Source: Eledone cirrhosa (lineage: Eukaryota). Taken from it: a stretch of 64,000 bases of DNA. The stretch covers positions 8,184,001 through 8,248,000 of the forward strand of contig OZ024740.1 in assembly GCA_964016885.1 (NCBI GenBank). The letters are read 5' to 3'. A program made the position numbers and the translations under genes. Shown one piece after another: positions 14,431-29,100 of the stretch; within the stretch, counting starts at the first letter, position 1; every line of letters begins with the position of its first letter. The notes beneath the pieces are model-generated. The model did not search any database. It was not told where the DNA came from and was given only the letters and a program-made list of their open reading frames with translations.

Positions 14431-15789
14431 ATCGGTATGTCAGTTTCTATTGATATATCAGTTTTGATTGGTATATCAGTTTCGATTGGTATATCATTTT
14501 CGATTGGTATTTCAGTTTCTATTGGTATATCAGTTTCTATTGGTATGTCAGTTTTGATTGGTATGTCAGTTTCGATTGGCATGTCAGTTTTGATTGGTAT
14601 AACAGTTTCGATTGGTATGTCAATTTCGATTAATATGTCAATTTCGATTGGTGTATCAGTTCCGATTGGTATGTCAGTTTCGATTGGTATGTCAGTTTCG
14701 ATTGGTATATCAGTTTCGATTGGTATGTCAGTTTCGATTGGTATGTCAATTTCAATTGGTATATCAGTTTCGATTAGTATGTCAGTTTCTATTGGTATGT
14801 TAGTTTCAATTAGTATATCACTTTATATTGGTATGTCAGTTTCGATTGGTATGTCTGTTTCTATTGATATATCAGTTTCGATTGGTATATCAGTTTTGAT
14901 TGGTATATCAGTTTCGATTGGTATGTCAGTTTCTATTGGTATATCAGTTTCGATTGGTATATCAGTTTCGATTAGTATGTCAGTTAATATTGGTATGTTA
15001 GTTTCGCTTAGTATATCAGTTTCTATTGGTATGTCAGTTTCGATCGGTATGTCAGTTTCTATTGATATATCAGTGTTGATTGGTATATCAGTTTCGATTG
15101 GTATATCTGTTTCAATTGGTATGTCAATTTCTATTGGTATATCAGTTTACATTGGTATGTCAGTTTTGATTGGTATATCAGTTTCGATTGGTATGTCAGC
15201 TTCGATTGGTATGTCAGTTTTGATTGGTATATCAGTTCCGATTGGTATGTCAGTTTTGATTGGTATATCAGTTGTTATTGGTATATCATTTTTTCGATTG
15301 GTATATCAGTTTCGATTGTTATATCAGTTTCGATTGGTATATCAGTTTCGACTGGTATGTCAGTTTTGATTGATATATCAGTTTCTATTGGTATGTCAGT
15401 TTCTATTGGTATATCAGTTTCGATTGGTATATCAGTTTCGATTAGTATGTCAGTTTCTATTAGTATGTCAGTTTCGATTAGTATGTCAGTTTCTATTGGT
15501 ATGTTAGTTTCAATTAGTATATCACTTTGTATTGGTATGTCAGTTTCGATTGGTATGTCTGTTTCTATTGATATATCAGTTTCGATTGGTATATCAGTTT
15601 TGATTGGTATATCAGTTTCGATTGGTATGTCAGTTTCTATTGGTATATCAGTTTCGCTTGGTATATCAGTTTCGATTAGTATGTCAGTTTCTATTGGTAT
15701 GTTAGTTTCGCTTAGTATATCAGTTTCTATTGGTATGTCAGTTTCGATCGGTATGTCAGTTTCTATTGATATATCAGTTTTGATTAGTA

Positions 15790-18215
15790 TATCAGTTTCT
15801 ATTGGTATATCAGTTTCTATTGGTATGTCAGTTTTGATTGGTATGTCAGTTTCGATTGGTATGTCAATTTTGATTGGTATATCAGTTTCGATTGGTATGT
15901 CAGTTTCGATTAATATGTCAATCTCGATTGGTATGTCAGTCTCGATTGGTATATCAGTTTCGATTGGTATGTCTGTTTCTATTGATATATCAGTTTCGAT
16001 GGGTATATCAGTTTTGATTGGTATATCAGTTTCGATAGGTATGTCAGTTTCTATTGGTATGTCAGTCTCGATTGGTATATCAGTTTCGATTAGTATGTCA
16101 GTTTCTATTGGTAAGTTAGTTTCGCTTAGTATATCAGTTTCTATTGGTATGTCAGTTTTGATTGGTATATCAGTTTCGATTGGTATATCAGTTTCTATTG
16201 GTATGTCAGTTTCTATTGGTATATCAGTTTCGATTGGTATATCAGTTTCGATTGGTATATCAGTTTCTATTTGTATGTCAGTTTCGATCGGTATGTCAGT
16301 TTCTATTGATATATCAGTTTTGATTGGTATATCAGTTTCAATTGGTATGTCAGTTTCGATTGGTATATCAGTTTCGACTGGTATGTCCGTTTCAATTAGT
16401 ATATCAGTTTCTATTGGTATGTCAGTTTCTATTGGTATATCAGTTTCGATTGGTATATCAGTTTCGATTAGTATATCAGTATCTATTAGTATGTCAGTTT
16501 CGATTGGTATGTCAGTTTCTATTCATATATCAGTTTCGATTGGTATATCAGTTTCGCTTGGTGTATCAGCTTCGATTGGTATGTCAGTTTCTATTGGTAT
16601 ATCAGTTTCTATAGGTATGTCAGTTTCGATTGGTATATCAGTTCCGATTGGTATGTAAGTTTTGATTGGTATGTTTGTTTCGATTGGTATATCAGTTTCG
16701 ATTGGTATGTCAATGTCAATTAGTATATCAGTTTCTATGGGTATATCAGTTTCGATTGGTATGTCAGTTTCGATTAGTATATCAATTTCTATAGGTATGT
16801 CAGTTTCTATTGGTATATCAGTTTCGATTGGTATATCAGTTTCGAATGATATATCTGTTTCGATTAGTATGTCAGTTTCTACTGGTATGTCAGTTTGGAT
16901 TGGTATGTCAGTTTCGATTGGTATGTCAGTTGCGATTGGTATATCAGTTTCTATTGGTATATCAGTTTCTATTGGTATGTCAGTTTTGATTGGTATGTCA
17001 GTTTCGATTGGTATGTCAATTTTGATTGGTATATCAGTTTCGATTGGTATGTCAGTTTCGATTAATATGTCAATTTCGATTGGTATGTCAGTCTCGATTG
17101 GTATATCAGCTTCGATTGGTATGTCTGTTTCTATTGATATATCAGTTTCGATGGGTATATAAGTTTTGATTGGTATATCAGTTTCGATAGGTATGTCAGT
17201 TTCTATTGGTATGTCAGTCTCGATTGGTATATCAGTTTCGATTAGTATGTCAGTTTCTATTGGTAAGTTAGTTTCGCTTAGTATATCAGTTTCTATTGGT
17301 ATGTCAGTTTTGATTGGTATATCAGTTTCGATTGGTATATCAGTTTCTATTGGTATGTCAGTTTCTATTGGTATATCAGTTTCGATTGGTATATCAGTTT
17401 CGATTGGTATATCAGTTTCTATTTGTATGTCAGTTTCGATCGGTATGTCAGTTTCTATTGATATATCAGTTTTGATTGGTATATCAGTTTCAATTGGTAT
17501 GTCAGTTTCGATTGGTATATCAGTTTCGACTGGTATGTCCGTTTCAATTAGTATATCAGTTTCTATTGGTATGTCAGTTTCTATTGGTATATCAGTTTCG
17601 ATTGGTATATCAGTTTCGATTAGTATATCAGTATCTATTAGTATGTCAGTTTCGATTGGTATGTCAGTTTCTATTCATATATCAGTTTCGATTGGTATAT
17701 CAGTTTCGCTTGGTGTATCAGCTTCGATTGGTATGTCAGTTTCTATTGGTATATCAGTTTCTATAGGTATGTCAGTTTCGATTGGTATATCAGTTCCGAT
17801 TGGTATGTAAGTTTTGATTGGTATGTTTGTTTCGATTGGTATATCAGTTTCGATTGGTATGTCAATGTCAATTAGTATATCAGTTTCTATGGGTATATCA
17901 GTTTCGATTGGTATGTCAGTTTCGATTAGTATATCAATCTCTATAGGTATGTCAGTTTCTATTGGTATATCAGTTTCGATTGGTATATCAGTTTCGAATG
18001 ATATATCTGTTTCGATTAGTATGTCAGTTTCTACTGGTATGTCAGTTTGGATTGGTATGTCAGTTTCGATTGGTATGTCAGTTGCGATTGGTATATCAGT
18101 TTCTATTGGTATATCAGTTTCTATTGGTATGTCAGTTTTGATTGGTATGTCAGTTTCGATTGGTATGTCAATTTTGATTGGTATATCAGTTTCGATTGGT
18201 ATGTCAGTTTCGATT
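15790..18215. repeat. Tandem higher-order repeat, period 1152 bp (64 monomers), about 2.1 near-identical copies
   Basis: Private markers GGTAAGTTAG, CTTGGTGTATCAGCTTCG, ATGTTTGTTTCG, CAATGTCAATTAG and GTTGCG recur 1152 bp apart. ORF pairs 16324/17476 and 16662/17814. Confidence 0.92.
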
Positions 18216-20169
18216 AGTATGTCAATTTCGATTGGTATGTCAGTTTCGATTGTTATGTCAGTCTCGATTGGTAAATCAGTTTCGATTGGTATGTCAATTT
18301 CGATTGGTATATCAGTTTCGATTAGTATGTCAGTTTCTATTGGTATGTTAGTTTCGATTAGTTTATCACTTTCTATTGGTATGTCAGTTTCGATTGGTAT
18401 ATCAGTTTTGATTGGTATATCAGTTTCGATAGGTATGTCAGTTTCTATTGGTATGTCAGTCTCGATTGGTATATCAGTTTCGATTAGTACGTCAGTTTCT
18501 ATTGGTATGTTAGTTTCGCTTAGTATATCAGTTTCTATTGGTATGTCAGTTTTGATTGGTATATCAGTTTCGATTGGTATATCCGTTTCGATTGGTATGT
18601 CAATTTCTATTGGTATATCAGTTTCCATTGGTATGTCAGTTTTGATCGGTATATCAGTTTCGATTGGTCTGTCAGTTTCGATTGGTATTTCAGTTCCGAT
18701 TGGTATGTCAGTTTTGATTGGTATATCAGTTTCTATTGGTATATCAGTTTCGATTGGTATATCAGTTTCGATTGTTATATCAGTTTCGATTGGTATATCA
18801 ATTTCGACTGATATGTCAGTTTCGATTAGTATATCAGTTTCTATTGGTATGTCAGTTTCTATTGGTATATCAGTTTCGATTGGTATATCAGTTTCGATTA
18901 GTATGTCAGTTTCTATTAGTATGTTAGTTTTGATTAGTATATCAGTATCTATTAGTATGTCAGTCTAGATTGGTATGTCAGTTTCTATTCATATATCAGT
19001 TTCGATTGGTATATCAGTTTCGATTGGTATATCAGTTTCGATTGGTATGTCAGTTTCCATTGGTATATCAGTTTCTATTGGTATGTCAGTTTTGATTGGT
19101 ATATCAGTTTCGATTGGATTGTCAGTTTCGATTGGATTGTCAGTTTCGATTGGTATATCAGTTCCGATTGGTTTGTCAATTTTGATGGGTATATCAGTTT
19201 CTATTGGTATATCAGTTTCGATTGGTATATCAGTTTCGATTGTTATGTAAGTTTCGATTGGTATATCATTTTCGACTGGTATGTCCGTTTCAATTAGTAT
19301 ATCAGTTTCTATTGGTATGTCAGTTTCTATTGGTATATCAGTTTCGATTGGTATATCAGTTTCGATTAGTATATCAGTATCTATTAGTATGTCAGTTTCG
19401 ATTGGTATGTCAGTTTCTATTCATATATCAGTTTCGATTGGTATATCAGTTTCGCTTGGTATATCAGTTTCGATTGGTATGTCAGTTTCTATTGGTATAT
19501 CAGTTTCTATTGGTATGTCAGTTTTGATTGGTATATCAGTTCCGATTGGTATGTAAGTTTTGATTGGTATGTCTGTTTCGATTGGTATATCAGTTTCGAT
19601 TGGTATGTCAATGTCAATTACTATATCAGTTTCTATGGGTATATCAGTTTCGATTGGTATGTCAGTTTCGATTAGTATATCAATTTTTATAGGTATGTCA
19701 GTTTCTATTGGTATATCAGTTTCGATTGTTATATCAGTTTCGAATGATATATCAGTTTCGATTAGTATGTCAGTTTCTACTGGTTTGTCAGTTTGGATTG
19801 GTATGTCAGTTTCGATTGGTATGTCAGTTTTGATTGGATTGTCAGTTTCGATTGGTATATCAGTTCCGATTGGTATGTCAGTTTCGATTGGTATGACAGT
19901 TTCGATTGGTATATCAGTTCCGATTGGTATGTAAGTTTTGATTGGTATGTCAGTTTCTATTCATATATCAGTTTTGATTGGTATATCAGTTTCGATTGGT
20001 ATATAATTTTCGATTGCTATTTCAGTTTCTATTGGTATATCAGTTTCTATTGGTATGTCAGTTTTGATTGGTATGTCAGTTTCGATTGGTATGTCAGTTT
20101 TGATTGGTATAACAGTTTCGATTGGTATGTCAATTTCGATTAATATGTCAATTTCGATTGGTATATCAG

Positions 20170-23100
20170 TTCCGATTGGTATGTCAGTTTCGATTGGTAT
20201 GTCAGTTTCGATTGTTATATCAGTTTCGATTGGTATGTCAGTTTCCATTGGTATGTCAATTTCGATTGGTATATCAGTTTCGATTAGTATGTCAGTTTCT
20301 ATTGGTATGTTAGTTTCAATTAGTATATCACTTTATATTGGTATGTCAGTTTCGATTGGTATGTCTGTTTCTATTGATATATCAGTTTCGATTGGTATAT
20401 CAGTTTTGATTGGTATATCAGTTTCGATTGGTATGTCAGTTTCTATTGGTATATCAGTTTCGATTGGTATATCAGTTTCGATTAGTATGTCAGTTAATAT
20501 TGGTATGTTATTTTCGCTTAGTATATCAGTTTCTATTGGTATGTCAGTTTCTATTGATATATCAGTTTTGATTGGTATATCAGTTTTGATTGGTATATCT
20601 GTTTCAATTGGTATGTCAATTTCTATTGGTATATCAGTTTCCATTGGTATGTCAGTTTTGATTGGTATATCAGTTTCGATTGGTATGTCAGCTTCGATTG
20701 GTATGTCAGTTTTGATTGGTATATCAGTTTCTATTGGTATATCATTTTCGATTGGTATATCAGTTTCGATTGGTATATCAGTTTCGATTAGTATGTCAGT
20801 TTCTATTAGTATGTTAGTTTCGATCAGTATATCAGTATCTATTAGTATGTCAGTTTCGATTGGTATGTCAGTTTCTATTCATATATCAGTTTTGATTTTT
20901 ATATCAGTTTCGATTGGTATATCAGTTTCGATTGGTATGTCAGTTTCGATTGGTATATCAGTTTCTATTGGTATGTCAGTTTTGATTGGTATATCAGTTT
21001 CGATTGGTATGTCAGTTTCGATTGGTATGTCAGTTTCGATTGGTATATCAGTTCCGATTGGTATGTCAGTTTCGATTGGTATGTCAGTTTCGATTGGTAT
21101 GTCAGTTCCGATTGGTATGTAAGTTTTGATTGGTATGTCAGTTTCGATTGGTATATCAGTTTCGATTGGTATGTCAATTTCAATTAGTATATCAGTTTCT
21201 ATGGGTATATCAGTTTCGATTGGTATGTCAGTTTCGATTAGTATATCAGTTTCTATAGGTATGTCAGTTTCTATTGGAATATCAGTTTCGATTGGTATAT
21301 CAGTTTCGATTGGTATGTCAGTTTCTATTGGTATATCAGTTTCTACTGGTATGTCAGTTTCGATTGGTATGTCAGTTTTGATTGGTATGTCAGTTTTGAT
21401 TGGTATGTCAGTTTCGATTGGTATGTCAGTCTCGATTGGTAAATCAGTTTCGATTGGTATGTCAATTTCGATTGGTATATCAGTTTCGATTAGTATGTCA
21501 GTTTCTATTGGTATGTTAGTTTCGATTAGTATATCACTTTCTATTGGTATGTCAGTTTCGATTGGTATGTCTGTTTCTATTGATATATCAGTTTCGATTG
21601 GTATGTCAGTTTCTATTGGTATGTCAGTCTCGATTGGTATATTAGTTTTGATTAGTATGTCAGTTTCTATTGGTATGTTAGTTTCGCTTAGTATATCAGT
21701 TTCTATTGGTATGTCAGTTTTGATTGGTATATCAGTTTCGATTGGTATATCAGTTTCGATTGGTATGTCAATATCTATTGGTATATCAGTTTCCATAGGT
21801 ATGTCAGTTTTGATTGGTATATCAGTTTCGATTGGTCTGTCAGTTTCGATTGGTATGTCAGTTTCGATTGGTATTTCAGTTCCGATTGGTATGTCAGTTT
21901 TGATTGGTATATCAGTTTCTATGGGTATATCAGTTTCGATTGGTATATCAGTTTCAATTGTTATATCAGTTTCGATTGGTATATCAATTTCGACTGGTAT
22001 ATCAGTTTCGATTGGTATATCAGTTTCGATTAGTATGTCAGTTTCTATTAGTATGTTAGTTTCGATTAGTATATTAGTATCTATTAGTATGTCAGTCTCG
22101 ATTGGTATGTCAGTTTCTATTCATATATCAGTTTCGATTGGTATATCAGTTTCGATTGGTATATCAGTTTCGATTGGTATGTCAGTTTCCATTGGTATAT
22201 CAGTTTCTATTGGTATGTCAGTTTTGATTGGTATATCAGTTTCGATTGGTATGTCAGTTTCGATTGGATTGTCAGTTTCGATTGGTATATCAGTTCCGAT
22301 TGGTATGTCTGTTTCGATTGGTATGACAGTTTCGATTGGTATATCAGTTCCGATTGGTATGTAAGTTTTGATTGGTATGTCAGTTTCGATTGGTATATCA
22401 GTTTCGATTGGTATATCAGTTTCGATTAGTATGTCAGTTTCTATTGTTATGTTAGTTTCAATTAGTATATCAGTTTCTATTGGTATGTCAGTTTCGATTG
22501 GTATGTCTGTTTCTATTGATATATCAGTTTCGATTGGTATATCAGTTTTGATTGGTATATCAGTTTCGATTGGTATGTCAGTTTCTATTGGTATATCAGT
22601 TTCGATTGGTATATCAGTTTCGATTAGTATGTCAGTTAATATTGGTATGTTAGTTTCGCTTAGTATATCAGTTTTTATTGGTATGTCAGTTTCGATCGGT
22701 ATGTCAGTTTCTATTGATATATCAGTTTTGATTGGTATATCAGTTTCGATTGGTATATCTGTTTCAATTGGTATGTCAATTTCTATTGGTATATCAGTTT
22801 CCATTGGTATGTCAGTTTTGATTGGTATATCAGTTTGAATTGGTATGTCAGCTTCGATTGGTATGTCAGTTTTGATTGGTATATCAGTTCCGATTGGTAT
22901 GTCAGTTTTGATTGGTATATCAGTTTCTATTGGTATATCATTTTCGATTGGTATATCAGTTTCGATTGTTATATCAGTTTTGATTGGTATATCAGTTTCG
23001 AATGGTATGTCATTTTCGATTGGTATATCAGTTTCGATTAGTATGTCAGTTTCTATTAGTATGTTAGTTTCGATCAGTATATCAGTAACTATTAGTATGT

Positions 23101-26100
23101 CAGTTTTGATTGGTATATCAGTTTCGATTGGTATGTCAGTTTCGATTGGTATGTCAGTTTCGATTGGTATGTCAGTTCCGATTGGTATGTAAGTTTTGAT
23201 TGGTATGTCAGTTTCGATTGGTATATCAGTTTCGATTGGTATGTCAATTTCAATTAGTATATCAGTTCCTATGGGTATATCAGTTTCGATTGGTATGTCA
23301 GTTTCGATTAGTATATCAGTTTCTATAGGTATGTCAGTTTCTATTGGAATATCAGTTTCGATTGGTATATCAGTTTCGATTGGTATGTCAGTTTCTATTG
23401 GTATATCAGTTTCTACTGGTATGTCAGTTTTGATTGGTATGTCAGTTTTGATTGGTATGTCAGTTTTGATTGGTATATCAGTTTCGATTGGTATATCAGT
23501 TTCGATTGGTATGTCAGTTTATATTAGTATATCATTTTCTTCTGGTATGTCAGTTTTGATTGGTATGTCAGTTTTGATTGGTATGTCAGTTTTGATTGGT
23601 ATATCAGTTTCGATTGGTATGTCAATTTCGATTGGTATATCAGTTCCGATTCGTATGTCAATTTCGATTGGTATATCAGTTTCGATTAGTATGTCAGTTT
23701 CTATTGCTATGTTAGTTTCGATTAGTATATCAGTTTCTATTGTTGTTAGTTTCGATTGGTATGTCTGTTTCTATTGATATATCAGTTTCGATTGGTATAT
23801 CAGTTTTGATTGGTATATCAGTTTCGATTGGTATGTCAGTTTCTATTGGTATATCAGTTTCGATTGGTATATCAGTTTCGATTAGTATGTCAGTTTCTTT
23901 TGGTATGTTAGTTTCAATTAGTATATCAGTTTCTATTGGTATGTCAGTTTCGATCGGTATGTCAGTTTTTATTGATATATCAGTTTTGATTGGTATGTCA
24001 ATTTCTATTGGTATATCAGTTTCTATTGGTATGTCAGTTTTGTTTGGTATATCAGTTTCGATTGGTATGTCAGTTTTGATTGGTATGTCAGTTTCGATTG
24101 GTATATCAGTTCCGATTGGTATGTCAGTTTTGATTGGTATATCAGTTTCTATTGGTCTATCAGTTTCGATTGGTATGTCAATTTCTATTGGTATATCAGT
24201 TTCTATTGGTATGTCAGTTTTGATTGGTATATCAGTTTCGATTGGTATATCAGTTTCGATTGGTATGTCAGTTTTGATTGGTATGTCAGTTTCGATTTGT
24301 ATGTCAGTTCTGATTGGTATATCAGTTTCGATTGGTATGTCAGTTTCGATTAATATGTCAATTTCTATTGGTATATCAGTTCCGATTGTTTTTTTAGTTT
24401 CGATTGGTATGTCAGTTTCTATTGGTATATCAGTTTCCAATGGTATATCAGTTTCGATTGGTATATCAGTTTCGATTGGTATGTCAATTTCTATTGGTAT
24501 ATCAGTTTCCAATGGTATGTCAGTTTTGATTGGTATAAAAGTTTCGATTGGTATGTCAGTTTCGATTGGTATGTCAGTTTCGATTGGTATATCAGTTCCG
24601 ATTGGTATGTCAGTTTCGATTGTTATATCAGTTTCGATTGGTATGTCAGTTTCCATTGGTATGTCAATTTCGATTGGTATATCAGTTTCGATTAGTATGT
24701 CAGTTTCTATTGGTATGTTAGTTTCAATTAGTATATCACTTTATATTGGTATGTCAGTTTCGATTGGTATGTCTGTTTCTATTGATATATCAGTTTCGAT
24801 TGGTATATCAGTTTTGATTGGTATATCAGTTTCGATTGGTATGTCAGTTTCTATTGGTATATCAGTTTCGATTGGTATATCAGTTTCGATTAGTATGTCA
24901 GTTAATATTGGTATGTTATTTTCGCTTAGTATATCAGTTTCTATTGGTATGTCAGTTTCTATTGATATATCAGTTTTGATTGGTATATCAGTTTTGATTG
25001 GTATATCTGTTTCAATTGGTATGTCAATTTCTATTGGTATATCAGTTTCCATTGGTATGTCAGTTTTGATTGGTATATCAGTTTCGATTGGTATGTCAGC
25101 TTCGATTGGTATGTCAGTTTTGATTGGTATATCAGTATCTATTGGTATATCATTTTCGATTGGTATATCAGTTTCGATTGGTATATCAGTTTCGATTAGT
25201 ATGTCAGTTTCTATTAGTATGTTAGTTTCGATCAGTATATCAGTATCTATTAGTATGTCAGTTTCGATTGGTATGTCAGTTTCTATTCATATATCAGTTT
25301 TGATTTTTATATCAGTTTCGATTGGTATATCAGTTTCGATTGGTATGTCAGTTTCGATTGGTATATCAGTTTCTATTGGTATGTCAGTTTTGATTGGTAT
25401 ATCAGTTTCGATTGGTATGTCAGTTTCGATTGGTATGTCAGTTTCGATTGGTATATCAGTTCCGATTGGTATGTCAGTTTCGATTGGTATGTCAGTTTCG
25501 ATTGGTATGTCAGTTCCGATTGGTATGTAAGTTTTGATTGGTATGTCAGTTTAGATTGGTATATCAGTTTCGATTGGTATGTCAATTTCAATTAGTATAA
25601 CAGTTTCTATGGGTATATCAGTTTCGATTGGTATGTCAGTTTCGATTAGTATATCAGTTTCTATAGGTATGTCAGTTTCTATTGGAATATCAGTTTCGAT
25701 TGGTATATCAGTTTCGATTGGTATGTCAGTTTCTATTGGTATATCAGTTTCTACTGGTATGTCAGTTTTGATTGGTATGTCAGTTTTGATTGGTATGTCA
25801 GTTTTGATTGGTATGTCAGTTTCGATTGGTATGTCAGTCTCGATTGGTAAATCAGTTTCGATTGGTATGTCAATTTCGATTGGTATATCAGTTTCGATTA
25901 GTATGTCAGTTTCTATTGGTATGTTAGTTTCGATTAGTTTATCACTTTCTATTGGTATGTCAGTTTCGATTGGTATGTCTGTTTCTATTGATATATCAGT
26001 TTCGATTGGTATGTCAGTTTCTATTGGTATGTCAGTCTCGATTGGTATATTAGTTTTGATTAGTATGTCAGTTTCTATTGGTATGTTAGTTTCGCTTAGT

Positions 26101-29100
26101 ATATCAGTTTCTATTGGTATGTCAGTTTTGATTGGTATATCAGTTTCGATTGGTATATCAGTTTCGATTGGTATGTCAATATCTATTGGTATATCAGTTT
26201 CCATAGGTATGTCAGTTTTGATTGGTATATCAGTTTCGATTGGTCTGTCAGTTTCGATTGGTATGTCAGTTTCGATTGGTATTTCAGTTCCGATTGGTAT
26301 GTCAGTTTTGATTGGTATATCAGTTTCTATGGGTATATCAGTTTCGATTGGTATATCAGTTTCAATTGTTATATCAGTTTCGATTGGTATATCAATTTCG
26401 ACTGGTATATCAGTTTCGATTAGTATATCAGTTTCTATTGGTATGTCAGTTTCTATTGGTATATCAGTTTCGATTGGTATATCAGTTTCGATTAGTATGT
26501 CAGTTTCTATTAGTATGTTAGTTTCGATTAGTATATTAGTATCTATTAGTATGTCAGTCTCGATTGGTATGTCAGTTTCTATTCATATATCAGTTTCGAT
26601 TGGTATATCAGTTTCGATTGGTATATCAGTTTCGATTGGTATGTCAGTTTCCATTGGTATATCAGTTTCTATTGGTATGTCAGTTTTGATTGGTATATCA
26701 GTTTCGATTGGTATGTCAGTTTCGATTGGATTGTCAGTTTCGATTGGTATATCAGTTCCGATTGGTATGTCTGTTTCGATTGGTATGACAGTTTCGATTG
26801 GTATATCAGTTCCGATTGGTATGTAAGTTTTGATTGGTATGTCAGTTTCGATTGGTATATCAGTTTCGATTGGTATATCAGTTTCGATTAGTATGTCAGT
26901 TTCTATTGTTATGTTAGTTTCAATTAGTATATCAGTTTCTATTGGTATGTCAGTTTCGATTGGTATGTCTGTTTCTATTGATATATCAGTTTCGATTGGT
27001 ATATCAGTTTTGATTGGTATATCAGTTTCGATTGGTATGTCAGTTTCTATTGGTATATCAGTTTCGATTGGTATATCAGTTTCGATTAGTATGTCAGTTA
27101 ATATTGGTATGTTAGTTTCGCTTAGTATATCAGTTTTTATTGGTATGTCAGTTTCGATCGGTATGTCAGTTTCTATTGATATATCAGTTTTGATTGGTAT
27201 ATCAGTTTCGATTGGTATATCTGTTTCAATTGGTATGTCAATTTCTATTGGTATATCAGTTTCCATTGGTATGTCAGTTTTGATTGGTATATCAGTTTGA
27301 ATTGGTATGTCAGCTTCGATTGGTATGTCAGTTTTGATTGGTATATCAGTTCCGATTGGTATGTCAGTTTTGATTGGTATATCAGTTTCTATTGGTATAT
27401 CATTTTCGATTGGTATATCAGTTTCGATTGTTATATCAGTTTTGATTGGTATATCAGTTTCGAATGGTATGTCATTTTCGATTGGTATATCAGTTTCGAT
27501 TAGTATGTCAGTTTCTATTAGTATGTTAGTTTCGATCAGTATATCAGTATCTATTAGTATGTCAGTTTTGATTGGTATATCAGTTTCGATTGGTATGTCA
27601 GTTTCGATTGGTATGTCAGTTTCGATTGGTATGTCAGTTCCGATTGGTATGTAAGTTTTGATTGGTATGTCAGTTTCGATTGGTATATCAGTTTCGATTG
27701 GTATGTCAATTTCAATTAGTATATCAGTTCCTATGGGTATATCAGTTTCGATTGGTATGTCAGTTTCGATTAGTATATCAGTTTCTATAGGTATGTCAGT
27801 TTCTATTGGAATATCAGTTTCGATTGGTATATCAGTTTCGATTGGTATGTCAGTTTCTATTGGTATATCAGTTTCTACTGGTATGTCAGTTTTGATTGGT
27901 ATGTCAGTTTTGATTGGTATGTCAGTTTTGATTGGTATATCAGTTTCGATTGGTATGTCAGTTTCGATCGGTATGTCAGTTTCTATTGATATATCAGTTT
28001 TGATTGGTATGTCAATTTCTATTGGTATATCAGTTTCTATTGGTATGTCAGTTTTGTTTGGTATATCAGTTTCGATTGGTATGTCAGTTTTGATTGGTAT
28101 GTCAGTTTCGATTGGTATATCAGTTCCGATTGGTATGTCAGTTTTGATTGGTATATCAGTTTCTATTGGTCTATCAGTTTCGATTGGTATGTCAATTTCT
28201 ATTGGTATATCAGTTTCTATTGGTATGTCAGTTTTGATTGGTATATCAGTTTCGATTGGTATATCAGTTTCGATTGGTATGTCAGTTTTGATTGGTATGT
28301 CAGTTTCGATTTGTATGTCAGTTCTGATTGGTATATCAGTTTCGATTGGTATGTCAGTTTCGATTAATATGTCAATTTCTATTGGTATATCAGTTCCGAT
28401 TGTTTTTTTAGTTTCGATTGGTATGTCAGTTTCTATTGGTATATCAGTTTCCAATGGTATATCAGTTTCGATTGGTATATCAGTTTCGATTGGTATGTCA
28501 ATTTCTATTGGTATATCAGTTTCCAATGGTATGTCAGTTTTGATTGGTATAAAAGTTTCGATTGGTATGTCAGTTTCGATTGGTATGTCAGTTTCGATTG
28601 GTATATCAGTTCCGATTGGTATGTCAGTTTCTATTGGTATATCAGTTTCTACTGGTATGTCAGTTTTGATTGGTATGTCAGTTTTGATTGGTATGTCAGT
28701 TTTGATTGGTATATCAGTTTCGATTGGTATATCAGTTTCGATTGGTATGTCAGTTTATATTGGTATATCATTTTCTTCTGGTATGTCAGTTTTGATTGGT
28801 ATGTCAGTTTTGATTGGTATGTCAGTTTTGATTGGTATATCAGTTTCGATTGGTATGTCAATTTCGATTGGTATATCAGTTCCGATTCGTATGTCAATTT
28901 CGATTGGTATATCAGTTTCGATTAGTATGTCAGTTTCTATTGCTATGTTAGTTTCGATTAGTATATCAGTTTCTATTGTTGTTAGTTTTTCGATTGGTAT
29001 GTCTGTTTCTATTGATATATCAGTTTCGATTGGTATATCAGTTTTGATTGGTATATCAGTTTCGATTGGTATGTCAGTTTCTATTGGTATATCAGTTTCG

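Noticed and set aside
24385-24402. Hairpin plus T7 run as a rho-independent terminator
   Set aside because: The T-run is a substitution variant of the monomer within the satellite, with no upstream gene and no GC-rich stem.
26583-28526. Minus-strand (IPIETD)n ORFs as a surface, mucin-like or antifreeze-like repeat protein CDS
   Set aside because: Start codons are just the TTCCAT variant. Stops and frameshifts recur, and there is no signal peptide, anchor or non-repeat region. Kept only as a low-confidence origin hypothesis in findings.
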